From the NCBI RefSeq assembly GCF_023055435.1, contig NW_025963857.1, forward strand, positions 2,418,001 to 2,482,000: a stretch of DNA of 64,000 bases, written 5' to 3'. The position numbers were made by a program, and so were the translations under genes. This stretch comes from Haliotis rufescens. Its lineage: Eukaryota. Each line of letters starts with the position of its first letter. Position 1 is the first letter of the stretch. The notes beneath the pieces are model-generated. The model had not been told where the DNA came from and made no database searches. It was given only the letters and a program-made list of their open reading frames with translations. Shown here piece after piece: positions 13,064 to 26,646 of the stretch.

Positions 13064-13730
13064 TATATCGTGAACTTCCATACACCATTTGGCAGCATCT
13101 ACTAATTCCTTCATCTCATGTTGTTGTTTACAACACACCGATACCTGCTGAAGAGTTGATACAAGAAGTTGTCGAGATTGCCTTCAGGAGCAGAGGAGGC
13201 AATCGACAGCGTAATGAAATACTTATAGCTGTGAAAACAATGTCACCAGATAATATATTTAGGTTTCAGTAGGTCGTATGCCACTTTGTAAACAAAAGTA
13301 ATGTCTTAGAATTACCTTGTCCGGAAATATACAGTAACCGGGATGAGAATGAAAGAAGAGAGACCTTACCTAATGTAGGTGCACGCCAGAATATAGTATA
13401 TTAATCCTGTTAGAGTAGGGTTACCAACGTGTTAGTAATTTACACAATTAGCCAATGTTACACTCCTTGTCCGTGAATTGGTGGTGTGCAGCTGTTCCTG
13501 AAGGCGACGAGGGTCGTGTCGTGTGTAGAAGCAATGTTTGCCCACAGCCAAAGGTAACTTGATCATATCAACGTATTGATAATAATTACCATTTATAGAC
13601 ACCATGTTTTTTACGGCCTGATTGATCTGATGGTGTACACAACAAACCTCCCTTCACGACAGACCAAGGTAACTGGGTGCAGGTTCAGTGCGTATTGCTG
13701 TCAGAGTGTTTAAGCCTTCTTCTCCTTTTA

Positions 13731-13884
13731 AAATGCTGTACAATGTGAAATAAAACATAAAACAACCTTCACTCTAACCTGTGTTAACTACACGTCAACA
13801 TTTGAAATGCTGTACAATGTGAAATAAAACATAAAACAACCTTCACTCTAACCTGTGTTAACTACACGTCAACATTTGAAATGC
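13731..13884. repeat. Exact 74-bp tandem duplication
   Basis: AAATGCTGTACAATGTG...CAACATTTG starts at 13731 and again at 13805. Confidence 0.9.
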
Positions 13885-14709
13885 CTTAATCTGTTTCCTA
13901 AAATTAATGAACATTTCTAGAAATGGTTTGAGCACATCGTCAATCATGTAAATATTGCAACCCACTTTCCATTATCATAAGAAAATCTGGTAAAATCCTT
14001 GTTCGAATCCGACTACTTGAACCTGCACTCTTCAAATCTTCAACGCTTTGAGAAATGTTTTTCGAAATATAACAACTAGATTGGTCTTGGAATGTATACA
14101 TAAAAGCCACAAAACTTAATTGCATCATCATAAGAAATCTAAAAAGCAGAGTCCATCCGACTATATCACAAGCATCTGTGGCAAAGTGAGGCTAACACTG
14201 GGGAGGTATGTGATTGACTATAAGACTTCGCTGTGAAGACAATGGATGGATTTATCTCTGCTCTACTCTGTCATGTGAACACATTAACACCATAATTGCA
14301 TGCAACGAAGACAATTGGTTAACAATCGTTACAAGATGCAACATTAACCCGGAAAGGACTTATGTTTCCGTGCATGACATTATTAGAATGTATACAATGA
14401 AAGCTCGTTGTGTTGAGACCTCGTTAATGCGGAGGCATTAAAACCGGCATTAGTCAGGACTGAGCAAAAGGAGCCGCACACCCTGTGCTCTATAAAAGTG
14501 AAAAAATCTTTAACGCGACGTTAAACCCCATTTCAGCTCACCTCACTTATTGGTAGCGCTCAGCCGAGGAATGGACCTCTGTCCAGTCAGGTTCATCGGT
14601 GTCATTTCCATTTTGGTTTAGTATGCAAGAAATAATTACCCTACTTCCCCAATTATTAATTCCACTGGATCTGGATTGTTAAGAGAGCACTGAGACGTTT
14701 ATGATCAAG

Positions 14710-15287
14710 TACTATGGTACCACTACTACTACCACCACTACTACTATTACAACTACCACTACTACTACTGATACTGCTGCTACAACCACTACTACTACTG
14801 CCACTGCCGCTACTACTACCACTACCACTACTACAACAACCACCACTACTACTACTACTACTACTACTGCCGCTACAACCACTACCACTACTGCTACAAC
14901 CGCTACTACTACTACAACTACCACTGCTACTACTGCTTCTGCTACAACCNNNNNNNNNNNNNNNNNNNNNNNNNNNNNNNNNNNNNNNNNNNNNNNNNNN
15001 NNNNNNNNNNNNNNNNNNNNNNNNNNNNNNNNNNNNNNNNNNNNNNNNNNNNNNNNNNNNNNNNNNNNNNNNNNNNNNNNNNNNNNNNNNNNNNNNNNNN
15101 NNNNNNNNNNNNNNNNNNNNNNNNNNNNNNNNNNATCTGTCACTGCCACTACTACTACTACTACTACTACCACCATTACTACTACAACTACCACTGCTAC
15201 TACAACTACTGCTACAACCACTACTACAACTGTCACTTCTTCTTCTACTACTACTACTACTACTACTTCTACTACTACTACTGCTGC

Positions 15288-15318
<31 letters not shown>

Positions 15319-15528
15319 ACTGCTGCTGCTACAACCACTACTACTACTGTCACTTCTACTACTTCTACTACTACTACTACTACTACTACTACCACTACTA
15401 CCACTACAACTACTACTGCTACAACCACTACTATTTCTGTCACTACTACTACTAGTACAACTACTACCACTACTACAACTACCACTACTACTACTGCTGC
15501 TACAACCACTACTACATCTGTCACTGCG

Positions 15529-15563
<35 letters not shown>

Positions 15564-15850
15564 CACACCTACCACTGCTACAACAACTACTGCTAAAACC
15601 ACTAATACTGCCACTACTACAACTACCACTACTACTACTGCTGCTATAACCACTACTACTACTGCCACTGCTACTATTACTACCACTACCACTACTACAG
15701 CTATCACCCACTACTACTAACACTGCCGCTACAACCAGTACTACTACTGCTACAACCGCTACTACTACTACAAATACCACTACTACTGCTGCTTCTGCAA
15801 CAACAACTACTACTACTGCCACTTCTACTACTACTACTACTACCACTATC
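14710..15850. repeat. (ACT/ACC/GCT)n trinucleotide microsatellite containing an assembly gap (N, 14950-15134)
   Basis: Direct inspection. Confidence 0.97.
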
Positions 15851-16336
15851 ATTACTGATGAAAAACAACTATAACGCAGTATTCCTATACTTCTCCGAGA
15901 ATAACTCACAAATCCAAATCAGATGCTTGCAACACACGGTACTACACCCTTTCCGTGGTATTTCGACATCATAGGCCCACAGCTGAATCTGCTTATGTAT
16001 ATGCGTTGTGAATTGCGTCAGAATAAAGCCATCAAATGCAATGCATGATGGTGAGGATGAAACGTTTGTCGCTGTTGTGAATAGCTCTGCAAACAACAAC
16101 CTTTAAATAATCAAACCCTGAACCATACGAAAAGAGAAATCATTTGCTAAATGTGATAAAGTTTATTTTATATTTTATCAATTTTATGTATTAAAAAGCG
16201 ACAAAAACTTTTCATAATCATAAAATAATACACGTTTAATCATATCAGTCGTAGATACATATTCATGGACACTTGCTTTGCATTTCCAATGGTGTTTACA
16301 TATTTCCCAGGCTAACATATATGTTTTATACAATCA

Positions 16337-16616
16337 GTGAGTGAGTGAGTTGGGCTTGACGCCGCTTTTAACAGTATTCCAGTTATATCACGGCGTGTCA
16401 GCTTAATGTGGGAGGAAAGCCCGAATTGATGCAGGTCTCAGACGTTTACCACTTCGGTGAAACCCACGAGCATGGGTATGGTGCTGACAAACCTAGAAAC
16501 ATAATCGGGGCGAACCGGGATTCGAACCCACAATCATAGGTTTCTGGCGTGCCCAAGGGACGCAACTCTGCACAGCGAATCGCGCCGCCTTAGACGACTG
16601 GGTCACCCGTGCCCCC
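16337..16616 (-). mobile_element. SINE family B, full length
   Basis: A-box-like GTGACCCAGTCGTCTAAGG, B box GGTTCGAATCC, shared tail, (CACT)n, TSD TTATACAAYCA at 16326-16336 and 16617-16627. Confidence 0.9.
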
Positions 16617-17040
16617 TTATACAACCAAGTAACCCTGTAGTCGATATCTGGTGGCATTCAACGAGAGGACAGCGCTCACACTGTTGATATCTTTGATCTG
16701 ATTGTCTTCAATGTACTTGCGTTATGCCACTATTTCTCACATCCTGAATCAAAGCTGTCCGGTCGTGTATGTTTCATAATGTCATAAGCAGGTTTATTTG
16801 ATGTAAATATAACAGTTATAGAACGGTCAAGAAACTTATAGATGTGTTCATTACATCCTCTTGGTCGTGCCTTTGTTGAGCTATGCCCGTACTTTACTGT
16901 GAAACCGAGATGAATGAAACCCTTTATTTAAATGTTTTCGTGAGGGCCATTTTATTCTGTCACTGCTGTGAGACAAACAATTTATTCTGTGAAAGAAGGA
17001 GCCCGTAATTAAGAAAGTTCACATAGAGCGAGTTCAACAT

Positions 17041-18372
17041 TTGGTTGAGCCCTTACCTATCATTGATTACAGAACATCACGTGGTTGAGCCCTTACCTAT
17101 CATTGATTACAGAACATCACGTGGTTGAGCCCTTACCTATCATTGATTACAGAGCATCACGTGGTTGACCCCTTACCTATCACTGATTACAGAACATCAC
17201 GTGGTTGAGCCCTTACCTATCATTGGTTACAGAACATCACGTGGTTGAGCCCTTACCTATTATTTATTACAGAACATCACGTGGTTGAGCCCTAACCTAT
17301 CCTTGATTACAGAACATCAGGTGGTTGAGCCCTAACCTATCACTGATTACAGAACATCAGGTGGTTGAGCCCTTACCTATCATTGATTACAGAACATCAA
17401 GTGGTTGAGCCCTAACCTATCATTGATTACAGAACATCACGTGGTTGAGCCCTAACCTATCATTGATTACAGAACATCACGTGGTTGAGCCCTAACCTAT
17501 CACTGATTACAGAACATCACGTGATTGAGCCCTTACCTATCATTGATTACAGAACATCACGTGGTTGAGCCCTAACCTATCACTGATTACAGAACATCAG
17601 GTGGTTGAGCCCTTACCTATCATTGATTACAGAACATCACGTGGTTGAGCCCTTACCTATCATTGATTACAGAACATCATGTGGTTGAGCCCTTACCTAT
17701 CATTCATTACAGAACATCATGTGGTTGAGTCCTTGCCTATCATCGATTACAGAACATCACGTGGTTGAGCCCTTACCTATCATTGATTACAGAACAACAC
17801 GTGGTTGAGCCCTTACCTATCACTGATTACAGAACATCACGTGGTTGAGTCCTTACCTATCATTGATTACAGAACATCACGTGGTTGAGCCCTTGCCTAT
17901 CATTGATTACAGAACATCACGTGGTTGAGCCCCTACCTATCATTGATTACAGAGCATCACGTGGTTGAGCCCTTACCAATCATTGATTACAGAACATCAC
18001 GTGGTTGAGCCCTTACCTTTCATTGATTACAGAATATCACGTGGTTGAACCCTTGCCTATCAATGATTACAGAACATCAGGTGGTTGAGCCCTTACCTAT
18101 CATTGATTACAGAACATCACGTGGTTGAGCCCTAACCTATCATTGATTACAGAACATCACGTGGTTGAGCCCTCACCTATCATTGGCTACAGAACATCAC
18201 ATGGTTGAGCCCTTACCTATCATTGATTACAGAACATCACGTGGTTGAGTCCTTACCTATCATTGATTACAGAACATCACGTGGTTGAGCCCTTACCTAT
18301 CATTGATTACAGAACATCAAGTGGTTGAGACCTCAGCTATCATTGATTACAGAACATCACGTGGTTGAGCCA
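17041..18372. repeat. 40-bp satellite, ~33 copies (GTGGTTGAGCCCTTACCTATCATTGATTACAGAACATCAC)
   Basis: Phase-perfect head-to-tail units with point variants and no spacers. Confidence 0.97.
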
Positions 18373-19071
18373 TCAGTTGATTACGCGTACACGAAAACGT
18401 GTCCTTGACATTGCAATGAAGAGCTGGCACAGCCCAGCAGCTGGAACGTCAGCGTGGAACATACGTTCCCGCCCAGCTGTATCACAGAGAGGGCTCCCCC
18501 GTTCAACATGCAGAGTGGAATTGCCAGTTAAGAAAGAGCCAGTAATGCGAGATACTCCTGTTACGTAACGCCTCTGAGGATACCGTGGAGCATGTCAATC
18601 CCTCCTGTAGTGAAGGTTGCTATAGTTGCTGGCGTCACTCACAGCAGACATCCAGCGTTTCCCACCTAATGAAAGATTCTCGCTGAGTCAATGCATCAAT
18701 ATTTGTCTTTGTCAGAGTGGGAATGCCGCTCTCTAATGTGTTTGTAATCGTTGGTGTGCGTGTGAATGTACATTAAGTGCCAGGCAGCATGTTTGACTGG
18801 TACGGTGGCTCAATGAAGTCACTATTTGTTCTTAAAATGCTATACAGACAGAGCTCGGTCAGTACACCATCCACCTAGGGCGGAACATTGTCAACGTCTA
18901 TTCAGTGTCGTCTGCTTGGTAAGTTTTATCGTTAGTTTCAAGGATCCTATGGAGGTGGGTTTAGACCAAATAGTCACCCTAATTCTTGGTTTGCCTGTGC
19001 CGAACCCGTGTTTTGGATTCAGTAGAAATGTCAATGACCTGCATAGCTTTAGGATGTCCTCCTACATTTGA

Positions 19072-19315
19072 CAATTCGCTGTGCAGAGTTGTGTCCCGTG
19101 GAGACACCAGTAACCTATGATTGTGGGTTCAAATACCGGTTCGCCCCGATCATGTTTCTAGGTTTGTCAGCAGCATACCAGTGCTCGTGGGTTTCACTGA
19201 AGTGGTAAACGTCTGAGACCTGCATCACTTCGGGCCTTCCTCCCGCATAAAGCTGACACGCCGTGATATAACTGGAATACTATTAAAAGCGGAAATAAAA
19301 CTAACTCACTCACTC
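19072..19315 (+). mobile_element. SINE family B, 5'-truncated
   Basis: Near-identical to the 16337 and 44997 copies; (CACT)n tail. Confidence 0.88.
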
Positions 19316-20989
19316 CTGCATTAGAAACGCTGATAAACGAGAAGTTTAGTCACACGTTTAATTTACAATAGCCTATAGGTCACAGATCTCAAATCAGATG
19401 AATCAACCAAAGCTGGCGGTGACAGAGGTTGGGTCTCCGCGAGCAGCAAGCTCGACTCCTGGGAGTGTCTGGGGCCTAGGTCCCGCCCACACTCACGAAT
19501 CACGTCTGATAAAAAACGAATGATGTCTCGTTAAGCCAGTGAATATGTTCGAAATATGCCTCTGTTCACCTGACTGGATAAGATGGAAATATAAAAGCAT
19601 AACCTCCTTCCGCCTAAAAGGTAGTTTGGTTTGTATGGTTCCGAGGGAGCTGAAAATGTATTTTGAGTGCGCATTGATCCATGGTCGTCATGGATAGAGT
19701 GCAATATACATATACATTTGTTATCATTACTATTATGTAATAACCAGAATTGAAGCCATCTTAATGTTTCTATATTGAAAATATATATAGTCAATGAACG
19801 CTTTCAACGAAAACATTTTTTGTATAAATCCGCCATGCTATTAATACAACGATTGACGTCGTCAACTATTTACAGAAGCCGTACGAACCGATTTGCGTGA
19901 GGAAGTGCTACTTAATACATATAGATGTTATCATGCATGTTTGGCGCCGTTGCTTACACGCTCGTTATGTCAGCCTCAGGTTTTCCTGTATTAACCCAAA
20001 ATACCATCTCCACGTGCAGGGACTTAAGGGAACGTGGCATCATCCCTAATCACAGCGTTATTAGCCATATCACAAAGACAAACAAGATCAATATCGTCAC
20101 AACAACCCATCAAACGCCCACAACTAATACCTAGATCCCATACCAACACAAACAATCCCGTATGGGGCCAACAGTTAGCCATCTTGCATGCATAACAAAC
20201 ACGGGCATTGCCCACAACCTGAAGAATATAGCCATGGTGGGAAGTCTGGCCTCAGGCGCTGTGAACATCAAACAGTCAGCACCCCACAACCCCCGTCTCC
20301 CAATCCCAGATGGGTATGATAGCAAAGCGGTATTGTCTGTACCGCATTGCTTACATTCCATGTGTTTTAGTGATAACCTCCCCCTCCTCCCCAACATTAA
20401 CTGATCTTCCCTCCCTCCATCCTCCCCACACGGAGACCATGTGATACTTGCTGAATGGGCCGGTGATATCAAACATTACCACGTGCGCGTTTCGATAACC
20501 GACTCTCGAAGGTGGGATCGGCGATGCAATGCAACATTCCCTCGGTGGTACAATCTACATTTTCAGTTCAAAATGGACGACACTGGAGCCACTCTTTGTC
20601 CTTGTTCACACTCCGGGGAGAATTTATCCTTCAGCGCGAATGTGTTAATATACTTGCAAAGAGACACCCTTTGACATTAAACCAGTAAGTGTGTGATCGT
20701 AATATTTTCGTAGGCTACCAAACTCCTTTGATCTACCAAATTACACTCCATATAGATCAAAGCGTGATGTGGTTGCTTTCGTCTGTGTCTTGTATTAGTA
20801 GAAGCAAAGGAAATAAAAAAAATTCTAATATTTAAAATGCAAATGTTTTGAATAACGAAAATATTATCAAGTTTAAAGGAATATTTGTTTTTTCCAAATT
20901 CGAAATTACTTAAAGCGTGTTTTAGATTTGATGCCAAAAAGCTACCAAGGTGCGTTTAGGTCCATAAAGGCGCCAAAAAAATTCAGCAT

Positions 20990-21620
20990 CATCAGAAATC
21001 CACTGCACGATTCCGGCTATGTCATAACCATGTGTTTATGATTCACTATCAAATAGGGTTGAAACCAGGTGTCAGCGTATCGTACCCCACCTGTAAGCAC
21101 CCACCACAAACACTTGCAAAGGCAAGTCAACTGTTCACCTTAAAAACACGGGAACATGTGGTACACTCAAAAAAGGAAGAGTAAGAGTCGTATGACGCTC
21201 TTTGAAATATTTGTAGAAAGAGCTTGCACGACCGTACCTCAGACGTTGTGAAATGTAGACACCAAAGATTGCTCGACATAAAGGGAAAAATGGTTATTGG
21301 AAAGTTAATGTCTTTTCTTTCTTTCTTTGTTGTTAAACGCCGCACTCAGCAATATTCCAGCTACATGACGGTGGTCTGTTAATAATCGAGTCTGGAACAG
21401 ACAATCCTGTGATTGACATCATGAGCATCGATCCACGTAATTGGGACCGATGACATGCATCAGCCAAGTCAGCGAGCCTGACCACTCGATCCCGTTAGTC
21501 GCCTCTTACGACAAGCATAGTCGCCTATTATGGCAAGCATGGGTTGCTGAAGACCTATTCTACCCCGGATGAAAGTTAATGTCACCCATCTTGTCATATA
21601 GTCGAATCAGGGAACAATAT
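20990..21620 (-). mobile_element. Naiad-type Penelope-like element 3' fragment (RT C-terminus plus 3' UTR), interrupted by a SINE
   Basis: Minus strand reads RLYDKMGDINF|PITIFPFMSSN, matching the YDKRDDFNFPIVNFPFLSSN PLE motif, followed by a degraded 3' UTR motif. Confidence 0.75.
21313..21570 (-). mobile_element. SINE-like family C, slightly 5'-truncated, inserted into Naiad RT sequence
   Basis: Perfect 13-bp TSD GAAAGTTAATGTC at 21300-21312 and 21571-21583. Confidence 0.92.
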
Positions 21621-21878
21621 AAAATATAGGGAAATAAGCTTTACTGTCAGTCGATTTGAAATGGCGCGCATACAAATTCAACACGTCAGAACAAATGTTG
21701 AGATATATGTGTGTGTGTGTGTGTGCATTGTTTCCATAGCGTATTTGGTAGACAAGGCTGGGAACACATGATGGCATATCATTTTACTGTGTCTAAAACA
21801 AAGTATTCCCTTATTCATATCCATCAGTATAAGAAACAGATGCGGAGGTCTCACTGGTTTCCTTCAGGTATAGTTCAG

Positions 21879-21985
21879 GGTGCCGTTGTACAAAACAACC
21901 TTAGCGCTACGAATGTCGTAAGTCTATGTTAAGGTATGGGAGTTACGATCACCTTAGCGCAAAGATCGCTTTGTACAACGGCACC
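21879..21985. mobile_element. Short palindromic MITE (PIF/Harbinger-like)
   Basis: TIRs GGTGCCGTTGTACAAA / TTTGTACAACGGCACC with further internal complementarity; 3-bp CAG direct repeat on both sides. Confidence 0.75.
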
Positions 21986-22079
21986 CAGGTTGGTAAATCA
22001 GTGGGAGGGAATTGGCTTTGATCAAACAATTAATGTTGTGATAGGTACACCTGGTGTTATCACTGATTTTCAGCGATAC

Positions 22080-22740
22080 TTTCACGTACTTCTCGGTGCT
22101 TTTTTGCCTTCTACGCCCCAATGGCATCTGTTTCGCAGGATAACCGAGACTGTTTTTTCTCTGACGTTCTCCTTTTATTCTTACATATAATAGTTATGTT
22201 ATTTGAGTCCCTGTCAGTGGGAACGACTAAAACATTTCATGTCGGGCAGCCAGACTTGATGAAAGCTTTCTGGAACAGAATGGCTTTATCAAATTCTGTT
22301 TCCACATTTTCCATTTGTGCATTCTACGAATGACACCATCACACACTTCGTTAACCCGCTCCGAAAGACATTCAACAGGTTTGAATTCACCTTCTCTTGT
22401 GGCCCATGTTGGGCATATGCTTCGACAGCATCCATAATGCCTTTAAAGTTGTGATTCCAATTGGTAGGATGTTGCTCGCGATCGTTGGTCTATATTTGAA
22501 TAACTGACGAAGGTTGTCATTGTCCAATATAGAGAAGTCACCTGTGATTATATGACCAACAGGTTGATAGCAGTATGCCGACAGGTGACCACATGTAGCG
22601 GAATTAACATCATGAGCTGCCAAGTCCACGTTCTGCAACACGTTCCTATAATTGGAAACAACTTGGAAGCAGTAGTGAAGGGTAAACAACGAACATTAAG
22701 TAACATTCAGAATCTGTTTTATGGGATATTCTCTGATGCT
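22080..22740 (-). pseudogene. Decayed Naiad-type PLE ORF fragment (linker and N-terminal RT region)
   Basis: Minus strand gives TCGHLSAYCYQPVGHIITGDFSILDNDNLRQLFKY and, after frameshifts, RHEMF/VVPTDRDSNN (compare GHxITGD...LRxLxxKGPKYRE and VVPADKASNN). Confidence 0.75.
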
Positions 22741-22756
22741 AAGGTCGGCTATTCGT

Positions 22757-22947
22757 TGTGCAGACCCCTGACTGAGTTGCGTCCCTTAGGCGTGCCAAAA
22801 CTTTACGATAGTGGGTAATGTTTCACTATACCCGTGAGTTTCACGTAAGTGGTAAACGTCTAAGACCTGCATCAATTCGGACGTGACATGCCGTGATATA
22901 ACTGAAATACGGTTGAAAGCGGCATTACACCAAACCCATTCACTCAC
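22757..22947 (+). mobile_element. Degenerate, internally deleted SINE family B
   Basis: GAGTTGCGTCCCTTAGGC...GTGGTAAACGTCTAAGACCTGCATCAATTCGG...GCCGTGATATAACTGAAATAC. Confidence 0.7.
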
Positions 22948-23750
22948 ATCTGTAATGATCCACGCTGTCGAGGCAGACTGGCGCGTTTGTCACCCTTCCA
23001 ATGAGATATTCATTCATGATTCAGTTTTCAGTATTATTCAGACAGGACGATGACCAATGTAAGGCCTCTTATGACAAACAAGTGGTTCTTGTTTTCCCAA
23101 GAATTCCAAAAATAAACATAAATGAAATATATATACACGGTAGACAGGAATATTGTATCAATATGCGGTAGTGTAATAGAACTACATTAATTATGATGTT
23201 TTCACCAGTGCGGTAAGTTGTTGACAGACCACGAAGACTACCAAGTCAAATCTAGGATTCGAACACAGAGTCAGCAGATCCTTGCATGGCTGAGGGACGA
23301 AACTCTGCAAAGAGAATTCAGGCGCCTGAGATCACCAAGATGTTCGAAATTGTGTAAGTAAACAAAGCGACAAACAAGCAGTGCTGGTTAATTATACGCT
23401 GTAAGGATGCTAAATATTGCGCCGTAAATTTAAAGCGGTAGAATTACTCCAGACTGACGATGATGACGTCTGTACCAGTTGGAGTTTAATGAAAATATAT
23501 TTAAAAAGAGAAACTCACGTCAATATCTGCATGATCCTTTGTCGCAATTTGGACTTTTAAAAAAAAGGCCAGCAAAAAATCGATGATGCCCGAGACACAT
23601 ATACATTGTAGCCTCAGTTGATCCTTCAGGGAGTACATGTTATTCGGCAAAATTATTCATGATTGTCATTTATTTAATTGATTCTGTGTAATAGTCAGTA
23701 TTCTGTGTCTCAGTGAGGTAGTCTATATCAGCCATGGGGTGAACACCCAA

Positions 23751-24068
23751 GATCTGCCGCACAATGTTTGGCACAGGTATCAGCAACGCGGTAAACATCA
23801 ATGATCTGCCGCACAATGTTTGGCACAGGTATCAGCAACGCGGTAAACATCAATGATCTGCCGCACAATGTTTGGCACAGGTATCAGCAACGCGGTAAAC
23901 ATCAATGATCTGCCGCACAATGTTTGGCACAGGTATCAGCAACGCGGTAAACATCAATGATCTGCCGCACAATGTTGGCACAGGTATCAGCAACGCGGTA
24001 AACATCAATGATCTGCCGCACAATGTTTGGCACAGGTATCAGCAACGCGGTAAACATCAATGATCCGC
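23751..24068. repeat. 52-bp tandem repeat, 6 near-identical copies
   Basis: Unit GATCTGCCGCACAATGTTTGGCACAGGTATCAGCAACGCGGTAAACATCAAT. Confidence 0.95.
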
Positions 24069-24664
24069 CTCAAGAGATTTCAAAGTCGAATGCAATAAAG
24101 ATGATGTATAGTACCGCTTTTTGACCGGGAACATTTACGACAGGTCCTTCGAGGCATATTTCTTTTATCTCTGTTTGGTGTGAGAAAAAATATCCCGAGA
24201 TGTGTCATATATAACCTTCAATGTGCGAAGATATCGGCCGATCAAGGGCATTTCCAGGACATGTTTCAACTGCGGTAAATCATAATCATACCTCGTCTCT
24301 ACATATCATAAACATGACAATTAACTTCTGTTTGCGGAGATCCCATTGCTGCCCGTGACTCATACGCCACGTCCTCTGCTAGGAATATAATACCTCTGTG
24401 TGGTACTGGATGTTTTACGGTGAGGACAGTTTAACTGATTTGTTTTCGTGAAGAGTGTTTGTGTTTGTAATCTATTAATGTCATTTTTGGAGTAGGTAGT
24501 AAGGTAGTAAGAAAGAATTTGTATTGATGACTTTACTGACACTTATGTGACGTTTTGGTACTGATGCTAGAACCATCAAACATGTGACCCTGAGGTATCA
24601 AACATGTAATTGAGAGTATCAAGCAATATTTCTGTGTCACAATTCACAGAATAATAATATAAAT

Positions 24665-25275
24665 AAAATAAAACAAAGAAAACAGTTCCACGATCATAAG
24701 AAATTACTAAAAGCAGGAGTCGAATTACGATTCCGAATTTTTCAAGTGAAAACCTGTCAAACAGTGATGACACCAGGTGTTCGCGAAAAATTGAGCGTAG
24801 CTTCCCCCACTGTTAGCACCCGTCAAAAACACATGCAAAGGAAAGTCAATCTTTCATATACGAAAACCACGAGAACATATAGTACAAATAAAAATAGGGA
24901 ATTTCATCGGACAACATTTTTGTCACTACTGCTTTAAATTTGGAAATGTCCACATGTCTACCATGAACATTTCTGAAATCTATACCAAGACCGTGAATGT
25001 TTTAACCCTGATCAAATAACCTTTGAGCAAGAATCAGTTTGAAATGTTCCTAGAAAGACCTTTCTCGATTGTGAGGTTGTGAATTGTAGATATGACGGAA
25101 CATTGCTTTACATACAGAAAGTTTACACCTGATGAAGGAGTAAGCATATACTCCGAAAGGCTATTTTTCTCATAATAACGAAGTTGACATCCATACATTC
25201 TCTTCTTTCTACGAAAATGGACTTTTGGAAATTTGAAGTCATCCCTCTTGTCATACAGTCTTGTGAAGAGCTTTT
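24665..25275 (-). mobile_element. Naiad-type PLE 3' fragment with a nested hammerhead-type Penelope piece
   Basis: Minus strand TRLYDKRDDFKFPKVHF (about 25215-25265), plus the RT tail and 3' UTR motif CCAGGTGTTCGCGAAAA...CACCCGTCA as read on plus. Confidence 0.8.
25121..25212 (+). ncRNA. Degenerate minimal type I hammerhead ribozyme in a Penelope pLTR fragment
   Basis: CAC-CTGATGA-A-GGAGTA(agcata)TACTCC-GAAA; the sequence after GAAA is mutated. Same family as the 48429 copy. Confidence 0.65.
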
Positions 25276-26157
25276 TTGTCACTATGCATAGAATAAAATG
25301 TTCCAGTTAACATATGGCAGTTAATTGTATCATTCCCCAAAAGCGGTTATATAACTAAGTCAGTGAGATACAACTGTTCAGTAGTTAATGCATTCGCTCG
25401 TATGTATATTCCATACGTGAAACACTTTTGCCATGTGTTTCTAAATCCCAATATTTCTGTTATACATGTTAAGTGTAGAATCTCACCCATTCAACCTCCA
25501 AAAGCACTAGTGACCGAATTATAAACTACACAACAAATTAAGGTCTGTGTACATCATGAATCGGTACAGTGTGCCCGGAAAGTGGCCGCCACCGACTTAT
25601 CACGCCACAACATCGGTGTTGAGACGCCCTAACCACCGTATGAAACACACTCTTCATAGTATTCATCTTACTCGTCCAGGAAAACTATTACCAAAACGCC
25701 TTTGCTGAGATACTGCGTTGCTTCAAGCTCTCCAGAAACACATGCAGGTATAAACAGAGACGATACTTCCAGGCAGAGGAATTTCACGGCTCGTATATTT
25801 GCGTCCCACTTAGGCAGCTTGCAAGTGGAGTGATTTACTGTATTTTCTCGACTCTGGCATTGCTCTGCGATAATTGTTCCAACTGTTAAAGGTGAACGAA
25901 TCACAACATGATTTTGTGGAGGTGATGACATGGTACATAGATCGCTTGATCTGATAACGAATAAACACCACTGTGAAGGACATTGCGAACAGTGAATTTG
26001 TGTAAAAGTAGACAACGCAACGCAGAAATCTGTGATCGTTAGCAGCCAAAGACAGGGGTAAACCAGCTTGGATCTAAGGAAGATTTATTGCAGTGATAGG
26101 GTATTCACAATTATGATTTGATACTAACATATCAAACTGCCAAACTTGTCATAATAG

Positions 26158-26443
26158 TGAGTAAGTGAGTGAGTGAGTTGGGTTTAACGCCGCTTTTAAC
26201 AGTATTCCAGTTATATCACGGCGTGTCAGCTTGATGTGGGAGGAAAGCCCGAAGTGATGCAGGTCTCAGACGTTTACCACTTTGGTGAAACCCATGAACA
26301 TTGGTATGGTGCTGACAAACCTAGCAACATAATCAGGGCGAACCGGGATTCGAACCCACAATCATAGGTTTCTGGCGTGCCCAAGGGACGCAACTCTGCA
26401 CAGCGAATCGCGCCGCCTTAGACGACTGGGCCACCCGTTTCCC
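26158..26443 (-). mobile_element. SINE family B, full length
   Basis: 13-bp TSD CTTGTCATAATAG at 26145-26157 and 26444-26456. Confidence 0.92.
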
Positions 26444-26646
26444 CTTGTCATAATAGGGAATAGACATAGGTTATGATCTCTTTCGCGAACACCCGGTGTT
26501 ATTACAATTTTCAGCGAGCCATTGTATAAATTTCACCTCTTTTTTGCCTTTTACGCTCAATGGAATCTTTATTTTCGAATAACCCAGTCTGGTTATTTTC
26601 TGGCGTGTTGACGTTTCATATTTATGTTTTTGGAATATAGCATATA

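Noticed and set aside
14656-15909. Mucin-like poly-Thr/Ser/Val/Leu ORFs
   Set aside because: These are translations of an (ACT)n microsatellite spanning an N gap, with no signal peptide or flanking exon evidence.
17041-18372. CRISPR-like appearance of the 29-56 bp arrays
   Set aside because: The units are head-to-tail with no unique spacers, there are no cas genes, and the context is eukaryotic.
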